From Candidatus Heimdallarchaeota archaeon (GTDB lineage Archaea; Asgardarchaeota; Heimdallarchaeia; Heimdallarchaeales; Kariarchaeaceae), in contig WAKA01000050.1 in the NCBI GenBank assembly GCA_015523565.1, positions 1 through 31,659 of the forward strand: 31,659 nt of DNA, written 5' to 3'. The position numbers were made by a program, and so were the translations under genes. Under the pieces are notes generated by a model. It did no database searches. It saw only the letters and a program-made list of their open reading frames with translations, and was not told where the DNA came from. Numbering within the stretch: position 1 is the stretch's first letter; each line of letters starts with the position of its first letter. Shown piece by piece: positions 1 to 7,300 of the stretch.

Positions 1-80
1 CTACTATATAAGGGCAATTATTTTTTCAATGAATAAGAGACAAATTCAACAGAATAAAACTACAAGGAATAGATAGAATT

Positions 81-1067
81 TCAAAGCCTTGCTGCGCCTA
101 CAATTCGTTGTTTTGCATTTAAATCAAGAATTGTGACTTTTGTTCCCTTGATGGTCGGACTTTCTTTTTCCAGTCTTAATAACAGAGTTGTGGATGTTTT
201 ACTGTGTTCCTTTATTTCCTCAATAATTGCAGGGGTATCGTACAAGCCAACAACAGCATGTATTTTTTTGTCATTTTCAAGATTTACAGGGAGGGGAGGA
301 AGCCGATATGTTGCCTCAAGATTGGATTGCATTTCCACAATATCAGGGTCTGATGCTATAAGAGTCCCCCTTTGCAGGTTTTTTGGCAAAATCCCGCGGA
401 TTGCAAGACCTACGTGTGTATGTGGACCTGCCTGTTTTTCATCGATGTCATTGACTTGGATAGAACGAACAGTCCCTGCATGCTCTCCAGGAAATGCATA
501 GATTCTATCACCTTTTGAAATTGTTCCTTGAACAACAGTTCCCAAAACTACGGATCCAACACCTTGGACTGGAAAAGCATGGTCAACCATTACGACAGAT
601 GCATCGGTGTTGGGATATTGGTCAATTGAAAGTTCAAGCATTGCATCTTTCAAGGTATTCAGGTCTGTGGGTTCAATGGTATATTTGTTCCATGATGCAA
701 CGTGACTATTTTTGAAGAATTTTTCAAATTGGCTATGATAAGAGTCAAAAGCCATTGCAGATTCTGCAATAACTGCCCGAACACCATTCATTTGAAGTAC
801 ATCAGCCAATATTGCAGATTCAGCGACATATTGGTCAATCCCGTCCTTGCTTATGGGCAAAACAGCCAAGTCAGACATATGGGCAGACAATACAAGGGGA
901 ATTGGCTTTTCAGGGTAACGCAATGGAATGACAGTGGTGAATATGTCAGGCTTTGCAAGGGTATATAGTGCAATATCTGTTGAGGTACCTTTTTTTCCCC
1001 ATGATTTGCCAAAGAGTTCCTTCATTGATGCATTTCCAGTAAGTAAAGCAGTGGTCAGATGTTTCAT
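81..1067 (-). CDS. Archaeal SelB-like translation factor (aSelBL/MM1309 type) with degenerate G domain and EF-Tu domains II/III
   Basis: N-terminal GKKGTSTDIALY signature of aSelBL. EF-Tu/SelB domain II motifs VDHAFPVQGVGSVVLGTVVQG, VRSIQ and VGLAIRG...LQRG. No GHxDxGKT P-loop. Confidence 0.85.
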   Translation of the reverse strand: MKHLTTALLTGNASMKELFGKSWGKKGTSTDIALYTLAKPDIFTTVIPLRYPEKPIPLVLSAHMSDLAVLPISKDGIDQYVAESAILADVLQMNGVRAVIAESAMAFDSYHSQFEKFFKNSHVASWNKYTIEPTDLNTLKDAMLELSIDQYPNTDASVVMVDHAFPVQGVGSVVLGTVVQGTISKGDRIYAFPGEHAGTVRSIQVNDIDEKQAGPHTHVGLAIRGILPKNLQRGTLIASDPDIVEMQSNLEATYRLPPLPVNLENDKKIHAVVGLYDTPAIIEEIKEHSKTSTTLLLRLEKESPTIKGTKVTILDLNAKQRIVGAARL

Positions 1068-1108
1068 TTATTATCATTCCAATGAATTGACACATTATTA
1101 AGAAATTG

Positions 1109-2539
1109 TTATTTTCTCAACCTAACAGTCAATGGGCTGTCAGCAGTTACCAGCATTTTTTGTATGCGCTTGGTTGGTGCTTTCTTTTTTGAAAGCCTAA
1201 TTTGACCAGAATAGTCAACAGTGCCGCTGAAAATTATTTGTGGACCAATCATGATATCAACATTCTTGCCTGCATAATCTGCCCCGACATCCAAGACAAT
1301 ATGCTTTTTCTCGTCAAAAACACGGACAGGAGATGAATCAGACAGACTGGCATCCCTTTTTGTATTGAGGGGTTCAATATCAATTGATAATCCCATGTAT
1401 TTTTCCAGTTCACGGATGTTTGATCCATTTTTCCCGATAATTGAAGGGATCATGGGGGGAGGAAGGTAAATTCTGATAGAAGAGTTGCCAATCTGTTCCA
1501 CCTCAAAATTTGGCGTCTCCAAAAGATATTCCAACTCTTGGTGAATTTCATCCATGGGCAACTGACGTCTCTTTTTTGGTCTGCTGGCAGATGACCCCAC
1601 GGGTACAAGGACAACTTGCTCACCGAACGAGAAAAGTTCAAATGCAGGCTTATCGTTGTTGAAAAAGTCGCCCACAACAATGACAGGCCGTGCCAAATCA
1701 TTGGACTGCATGCCAGTCGGAACCTTGACGGTCATTTTAAGACTGAATACAGAGGTGATTTCACCTTTTTCGATAAATATGACAGTGTCAATGATAGAGG
1801 GGATCAAGCCAAGCTCGATACGACCGATAAATCTCTGGATTGCATCCATGGGATTGGTTGCATGGACAACACCAATAAGACCAATACCAGAAAGACGGAG
1901 ATCACTATAGACTTCAAAATCCCTCGATTTACGAACCTCATCGTAAATGACATAGTCTGGTCTCATCAAAAGAAGGATGTCACCTGTCTTTTCAGGATCG
2001 TCATCAAGCATTTGGTATTGTGTCACACGGGCATCCACATTTAAATCCCGTGGTTTCTCTATTGTTTTGACGATTTTGCCTTGCCTTGCATAGAAATCAG
2101 CTAATGCGGCACCAAATGTGGATTTGCCTGCGCCAGGTGAGCCTGCGATAAGTATCCCCTCTGCTTTTTTGGATAGCCTTTCGAAAAGCCGTTCATCCAA
2201 GGAGTAGCTTTCAAGTGTTTTCCTCATTGTTGGTTTGACAGCAGTGATTTCCAGCGCATTGCTGAAAGGATAGGTGGTTATGACAATCCGATAATCCCTT
2301 AACTGGATTATTCTTGCCTGTTCCCAATCATCCTCGATAACGGCGTCATCATGGTTTTCGACATATTCCAGTATTTCATCCGCAATTGCGGCCACATCCT
2401 CCCATGTCATTGGCTCTGGAGATATTTCCTCCAATTTCCACTCACCCGGCCTGCCCCTTTTTGCCAACGGGGGAAGATTTTCCCTGAGATGAACCGACAT
2501 GGTATGTCTGTCGAAAAATTTCTCAATTGCTAATTCCAT
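1109..2539 (-). CDS. PINA/MJ1533-family (PilT/VirB11-like) ATPase with KH domain, lacking the N-terminal PIN domain
   Basis: Family motif FFDxxTMSVHLRE..PLAKRGRPG at residue 8, Walker A GSPGAGKST, Walker B VIYDEVR, GVVHAT..DAIQRFIGRIELGLIP and KH GxxG loop IIGKNGSNI. Confidence 0.9.
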   Translation of the reverse strand: MELAIEKFFDRHTMSVHLRENLPPLAKRGRPGEWKLEEISPEPMTWEDVAAIADEILEYVENHDDAVIEDDWEQARIIQLRDYRIVITTYPFSNALEITAVKPTMRKTLESYSLDERLFERLSKKAEGILIAGSPGAGKSTFGAALADFYARQGKIVKTIEKPRDLNVDARVTQYQMLDDDPEKTGDILLLMRPDYVIYDEVRKSRDFEVYSDLRLSGIGLIGVVHATNPMDAIQRFIGRIELGLIPSIIDTVIFIEKGEITSVFSLKMTVKVPTGMQSNDLARPVIVVGDFFNNDKPAFELFSFGEQVVLVPVGSSASRPKKRRQLPMDEIHQELEYLLETPNFEVEQIGNSSIRIYLPPPMIPSIIGKNGSNIRELEKYMGLSIDIEPLNTKRDASLSDSSPVRVFDEKKHIVLDVGADYAGKNVDIMIGPQIIFSGTVDYSGQIRLSKKKAPTKRIQKMLVTADSPLTVRLRK

Positions 2540-2582
2540 TCAAATCAAACTACATTTTTGGGGAATATAATCATATAGATAG

Positions 2583-3089
2583 TTAGAGGTTTTGTTCTTC
2601 CCATGTCTTAATGCGGTCGTCATATTCGCCCGCCTTGATCTTTTTCTGCATGTCCCTTGGATCCAGTCCCTCGCAGGTTGCACCCAAGGAAGACATGGTT
2701 CCCAAAATCTCAAGGCAAGCAGTCTTGTAGCTCGCACCCAAGAGGTCTGGGCGTTTTGCCTTCGTTATGGAAAGAACCTGTTCCAAAGTCAGGTTCCCTG
2801 CATCTCGCTTCTGGGGCATGCTGCTCCCCTTGGAAATACCCAATTCTTTCTTGATGAGGGCACTTGCAGGAGGAATACCGATCTCCAACTCATAGGTTCT
2901 TGTTTTCTTGTCTACAATCACCTTGACTGGAACTTTCATGCCCTTGTAATCAGCAGTCGCCTTGTTTATGTCCGCAACGACCTGTCCAAGGTTTACACCA
3001 GTAGGACCCAATGCCGGTGCAATGGCACCTGACGGCTTGGCTTCTCCACCATCAATCAACAAATCAACTGTAACTGTTTCCGAACTCAT
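2583..3089 (-). CDS. rpl11: 50S ribosomal protein uL11 (start probably ATG 3089)
   Basis: GGEAKP..AIAPALGPTGVNLGQVV..IN..T..YKGMKVPVKV, PPASALIKKELG and EILGT..SLG are archaeal L11 motifs. Confidence 0.97.
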   Translation of the reverse strand: MSSETVTVDLLIDGGEAKPSGAIAPALGPTGVNLGQVVADINKATADYKGMKVPVKVIVDKKTRTYELEIGIPPASALIKKELGISKGSSMPQKRDAGNLTLEQVLSITKAKRPDLLGASYKTACLEILGTMSSLGATCEGLDPRDMQKKIKAGEYDDRIKTWEEQNL

Positions 3090-3160
3090 AATACTCTTCA
3101 AGTTAGCTTCTCTTCACTAATTAAAACAATTATCATAGAAAACAGCCGTGAACAATGAAC

Positions 3161-3400
3161 TCATTTCATCAATTCTTCCAGTAGTTTTTTCCGGAGCCCC
3201 GCAATGCTCGTTGATTTAACTGTTTTCAAGTCTCCTGAAGCAGTCTTGTGGACGGGAATATTCTCTTGGTCGTCCAATTCAGACAATTTTTGCTTGTACA
3301 CCGCCAAATCCGCCAAGTACTCCTCCTCTGTGATCTCACCCCTTTTACATGCTTCATATCGGCTGTTTATCCAATCATAAAGCTGTTCTGCTGATGTCAT
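3161..3400 (-). CDS. Small helical hypothetical protein (about 79 aa; start probably ATG 3400)
   Basis: Fills the gap between the beta-CASP gene and rpl11 on the same strand. Contains a SHOCT-like GEITEEEY segment. The ATG at 3400 avoids overlap with the upstream gene. Confidence 0.6.
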   Translation of the reverse strand: MTSAEQLYDWINSRYEACKRGEITEEEYLADLAVYKQKLSELDDQENIPVHKTASGDLKTVKSTSIAGLRKKLLEELMK

Positions 3401-3422
3401 GAATATATTATCGTATTCAAAC

Positions 3423-4814
3423 TTATAATTCTTCTGTTGAAACCCCAAAATGCCTTTCAAATGATTTTATGGTCAATGGAACACCGATTTCAGGGAAATG
3501 GACGGTCGTGCCTTTTTTCACAAGGGTAGAAACACTTGTCCTGCTTTCCTCAGATCCATGAACCAAAATAATCTCAGAGGGTTGCATTTTTTCAAACAGT
3601 TGCCTTATTCCCTCATCGCTGACATGACCAGAAAAATGAAACTGCATGATACGTGACTTGATTGGCACCTCAACAGTATTGAAACGATCCATCTGCACTG
3701 TCACCTGACGTGTCCCCTCCAAAATGTCCCGTCCAATGGTTCCCTCTGCCTGATAACCCACAAATGCCAGCAGGTTCTGCGGATCAGAGGCATTGTATCG
3801 CATATGTGTGTGAATTGGTGAAGGCATCAGCATTCCAGATGTGGAGATTATTATGAATGGTTCATCAACTTCCCCCAAATGCTTGCGGAAATCCCATGTG
3901 CGCTCGAAATTTTCACGGGTTATCCCTATGACATTCTCGTGGTCAAAAGGAGATTCAAGCCCCTTCTCCTTAAGTTTTTTCAAGATACGGGGACTGACCC
4001 ATTTGCTTGTCAGGTATCGTTCAGTGATTGCGTTCATCCGGTTGATCATGCCATCCACATAAATGGGATATTCAGAAATACTGTCGGTCAAGACTGTCAA
4101 CAATTCCTGTGACCGACCAACCGCAAAAGACGGAACCATGACTTTCTTGCCCGAAGCCAAGACTGAACGAACCTCATTGGTGAATGCAGTATTGATCTTC
4201 TCACGATCTGGAACCGTGCGAACCCCATTTGTGCTTTCCGTAATCACAAGATCCACGGGATCATCAGGCATGTCATACCCATCAAAAAACGGTGTCCAAT
4301 TGTCATTATAATCACCAGTATAAAGTATCCTGTAACCTTTCCAATCTATGAGAGTCATTGCAGAACCAAGGATATGTCCCGCATTGTAAAACTCAATGGT
4401 AATGCCATCGGCTATTTTCTGCTTCTGTCTATATTCCATTGTCTCTGTTCTCTCATATACAGTCTCCAGATCATCCATTGCCCAGTAACGGTCTTTTTCA
4501 ATCTTATAGTGGTCTTCCCAAAGCATCCGGGCAATGTCCAAGGTCGGCTCAGTCATGAATGATTTGCCCTCAAAGCCATGCCTGTAAACGGCAGGCAGAT
4601 ATCCAGAATGATCAATGTGCGCATGTGAAATGATTGCCGCATCCAGATCTTGAGCGTATTTGTCCAAGCCCACTGGGGGAATGGAAGGTTGAAATGGAAT
4701 CAGTTTCAGACCCGCTTCCAACAGCACCTTGTGTTCGCCATCATCAAGTATAAAGGAACTGCGACCTACTTCCCCACAACTCCCAAATCCAATAAATGTT
4801 AATTCTTTTTTCAT
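3423..4814 (-). CDS. MBL-fold beta-CASP ribonuclease (aCPSF-type, no N-terminal KH domains)
   Basis: GEVGRS, SHAHIDHSG (HxHxDH), AGHILGSA, YTGD, ESTNG, FAVGRSQE, SGML, GYQAEGTIGR, FSGH and LVHG motifs. Confidence 0.95.
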   Translation of the reverse strand: MKKELTFIGFGSCGEVGRSSFILDDGEHKVLLEAGLKLIPFQPSIPPVGLDKYAQDLDAAIISHAHIDHSGYLPAVYRHGFEGKSFMTEPTLDIARMLWEDHYKIEKDRYWAMDDLETVYERTETMEYRQKQKIADGITIEFYNAGHILGSAMTLIDWKGYRILYTGDYNDNWTPFFDGYDMPDDPVDLVITESTNGVRTVPDREKINTAFTNEVRSVLASGKKVMVPSFAVGRSQELLTVLTDSISEYPIYVDGMINRMNAITERYLTSKWVSPRILKKLKEKGLESPFDHENVIGITRENFERTWDFRKHLGEVDEPFIIISTSGMLMPSPIHTHMRYNASDPQNLLAFVGYQAEGTIGRDILEGTRQVTVQMDRFNTVEVPIKSRIMQFHFSGHVSDEGIRQLFEKMQPSEIILVHGSEESRTSVSTLVKKGTTVHFPEIGVPLTIKSFERHFGVSTEEL

Positions 4815-4944
4815 TACAATTCAACTCCTATTTGTCAGGAGAACATAACTAAAAACAAGTGTCGTTCTTCTTTACCCTAGTTTATATTGCATAGTTAAAA
4901 AAACTATCCTAAGAGTTATATTGACATTGGGCTTTTCTTTTTAT

Positions 4945-5268
4945 TCACATGACAGGGGTGCGGGGAATGCTTGGATCATCAATCTCCAAAAAACGGACAT
5001 AACCAGACTTACCAGTTGAAACCTGTTTCACACCATTGTAGAGTTTCACCCACCCATCAACAATTTCAATAATCTTGCCAATCCTGAACTTGGAAGCCTC
5101 ATCTTTACCCCAAACAGACAAGACACAGCTTGAAGTGTCATCCCTTATAAGAACATTGGTCACAAAACGACCACGCCCAACATGCCTCGGTCCATCCTTT
5201 GAAAGGATACGAACCCTAAGTACATCAAAACCACTGTCTGCTTGCAGTTCATCAATCTTCATAGCCAT
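4945..5268 (-). CDS. Single OB-fold ssDNA-binding protein (SSB/RPA-like); start 5268 or 5262
   Basis: MKIDEL...VRILSK...LIRDDTSSCVLSVWG...IGKIIEIVDGWVKLYNG.KQVSTGKSG resembles crenarchaeal SSB / hSSB1-like OB folds. Confidence 0.8.
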   Translation of the reverse strand: MAMKIDELQADSGFDVLRVRILSKDGPRHVGRGRFVTNVLIRDDTSSCVLSVWGKDEASKFRIGKIIEIVDGWVKLYNGVKQVSTGKSGYVRFLEIDDPSIPRTPVM

Positions 5269-5535
5269 AAACAGAAACACCACCTTAACAATCTATCGGT
5301 AATTCAAACCAGTCTTGCCAGTGACGTGACAGAAAAAACGGTGTGAGAAATACAGACTGTGACGAATACATAAAACAAGGCAGACATTGCAAAACCAATA
5401 GCACACAAGCAAAATCTTGCAAAATATAGGCATCCAAACCATTAACAAAAAACCTTTCCTGAAAAGCTGGAGAAAAATACAAAAAATCCAACAGAGTAGT
5501 GAAAAACATATTAATTGGGTCATCCATGGAACATC

Positions 5536-6921
5536 GTGAATGGAAAGATAAGCATCACAATAATTTTCCTTTGCCTTGCAATGATAAGTCAAGCTTATGC
5601 AAATACAGCAACGCAACAGGCAACCACCATTAAGATTGGAGGATTGTTTCCTCTCACAGGAGCATTGTCTGCTGGAGGTGTCGAAAGAAGAGCCGCGGCA
5701 CAAATGGCTGTCGACAATATCAATGCAAATGACTCATTGCTCAGTGGTTACACATTGGAATTGGTTGTCAAGGATACAGCAACAGACCCAGCAAATGGAG
5801 AAGCAATGGCTAAAGAATTGGCGGCGGCAGGAGTCGTAGGGTTTGTAGGAGCAGCAGCATCAAGCGTGTCAAAGGCCATTGCCGCTGTAGCAGAACAAAA
5901 CAAAATACCGCAGATATCATACTCGTCCTCAGATCCAGACCTCTCCAACAAGACCAATTATCCCTATTTCATGAGAATGATATCCCCAGATCCATTGGCA
6001 AAAGTAAAGGCCCTAAAAGACTTCGTCGATAACAAGACGAAAGTGGCAACAATATATATCCCAAACTTCGGAAATATCACGGAAATGCTTCAGGAACAGG
6101 GAATACAGGTCATTTCAGACAACATGGTTCACTACGGCACTACTGATTTCTCCATCCAACTCTCCAATATCCAGAAAAGCAATGCAGACACAATAGTACT
6201 AGCAACATTTGGACCCCTAACTACAGACTTGTTTAAGCAAATTGACAAATACAACCTTCAAAATAGGATATGGATACAACTCTTGGACACAAACATCACA
6301 AATATCATTTACAATGAAAATGGAACCATCAACCAAGAAATCCTCGACAATGTCAATCAAACAATATGGCTTAATACAACATATGACTCACAAAAAACCA
6401 AAGAGTTTCTCGACATCTGGGAAAATTGCAACGGAAAGGACAATCAAACATACCAAGGATGTGGGGGTAGAGACCCAAACCACTTCGCCCCTTTTGCATA
6501 TGACGCAATCTATACCTTTGCATTCGCAATACAGAACATCATTAACAATAACCAAGACTACACAGATGGAGATCTACTTCTCAAAGAACTATACAACTCA
6601 AATTTCCAAGGAATGACTGGAAAAGTAACATTTAATGACCAAGGTGACAGAAATGCAATCATACAATTCAACCAAATAATTGGTACACAAACAACAACCA
6701 TTGCGACTTGGAACGAAAATACTAACGAATTGGTGATTCTAACACAACAAAAAACTACTGAAACAAGTGCCACAACAACACAGACTACCAGCTCCCAGAC
6801 CACAACAACACAACAAACAAGTATACAGAAATCCTCAACAAAGAAGACGGCACTCAAAGCAATACTTCCCGCAATTATCGCAATTGAAACATTCAAACAA
6901 AAGAAGAAAGATAAAAAATAA
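5536..6921 (+). CDS. Secreted, C-terminally anchored type-1 periplasmic binding (venus flytrap; ANF-receptor/GABA-B/LivJ-like) protein; start probably GTG 5536
   Basis: Signal peptide ending AYA. Motifs KIGGLFPLTG, AVDNINA..LLSGYTLEL, PQISYSSSDPDLSNKTNYPYFMR, AYDAIY and FQGMTGKVTFNDQGDR. Thr/Ser/Gln linker, hydrophobic tail and basic end. Confidence 0.85.
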   Translation: MNGKISITIIFLCLAMISQAYANTATQQATTIKIGGLFPLTGALSAGGVERRAAAQMAVDNINANDSLLSGYTLELVVKDTATDPANGEAMAKELAAAGVVGFVGAAASSVSKAIAAVAEQNKIPQISYSSSDPDLSNKTNYPYFMRMISPDPLAKVKALKDFVDNKTKVATIYIPNFGNITEMLQEQGIQVISDNMVHYGTTDFSIQLSNIQKSNADTIVLATFGPLTTDLFKQIDKYNLQNRIWIQLLDTNITNIIYNENGTINQEILDNVNQTIWLNTTYDSQKTKEFLDIWENCNGKDNQTYQGCGGRDPNHFAPFAYDAIYTFAFAIQNIINNNQDYTDGDLLLKELYNSNFQGMTGKVTFNDQGDRNAIIQFNQIIGTQTTTIATWNENTNELVILTQQKTTETSATTTQTTSSQTTTTQQTSIQKSSTKKTALKAILPAIIAIETFKQKKKDKK

Positions 6922-7065
6922 TCCCTAAATAACCTGCATTTTCAAGATTAATGCAATTTTACGACATAACACAAACTTTCATTTTTTCTTTGTCTGCATT
7001 TTGCATAAATTCAGCCGCAGTTAACATAAAATAAGTTGAAAGCATCTGAAATCATTCTAATAAAG

Positions 7066-7074
7066 AAAAAAAAA
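7066..7074 (-). terminator. Oligo-T terminator of tRNA-Trp
   Basis: T9 run on the minus strand two nt after the tRNA discriminator base. Confidence 0.65.
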
Positions 7075-7076
7075 CA

Positions 7077-7212
7077 TGGGGACACCGGGAATTCCACCGA
7101 TCCAAACGCATCTGGAACGATTTTGAACCCGGACCAGCTGGTTTGTTCTTATGAGCCCAGAAAAGGCTCTCAATCTGGAGCCAGCTACGCTGCCAGGTTA
7201 CGCCATGTCCCC
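7077..7212 (-). tRNA. trnW: tRNA-Trp(CCA) with two introns: 32 nt at 37/38 (7143-7174) and 31 nt at 59/60 (7091-7121); CCA end not encoded
   Basis: Acceptor stem GGGGACA/TGTCCCC, anticodon stem GCTGG/CCAGC with CCA at 7178-7176, T stem CCGGG/CCCGG. Removing both inserts gives loops CTCCAGA and TTCAAAT and a 73-nt tRNA. Confidence 0.93.
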
Positions 7213-7220
7213 ATGACAGG

Positions 7221-7271
7221 AAATCATGGAAATTGTTTGATTTCCGTATTCATGGTTACATTCCATGATTT
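7221..7271. repeat. Perfect 11-bp inverted repeat upstream of tRNA-Trp
   Basis: aaatcatggaa (7221-7231) and ttccatgattt (7261-7271), with a 29-nt spacer. Confidence 0.7.
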
Positions 7272-7300
7272 TTAATTGTTATGATATGTTGGGATTTGAA

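Noticed and set aside
81-1067. True SelB or a selenocysteine system
   Set aside because: The protein lacks the P-loop and the C-terminal extension of SelB. No tRNA-Sec, convincing SECIS or in-frame UGA selenoprotein was seen.
2540-2737. 65-aa ORF in frame with the ATPase, joined by TGA-ATG (possible readthrough supplying the PIN domain)
   Set aside because: It lies mostly within rpl11 in another frame and has no PIN-like sequence.
5285-5703. Cys/Phe-rich minus-strand ORFs (80 and 136 aa)
   Set aside because: They are explained by the A/C-rich plus strand of a divergent promoter region and by antisense overlap. No motif supports them.
7036-7275. 79-aa plus-strand ORF
   Set aside because: It is antisense to the tRNA-Trp gene.
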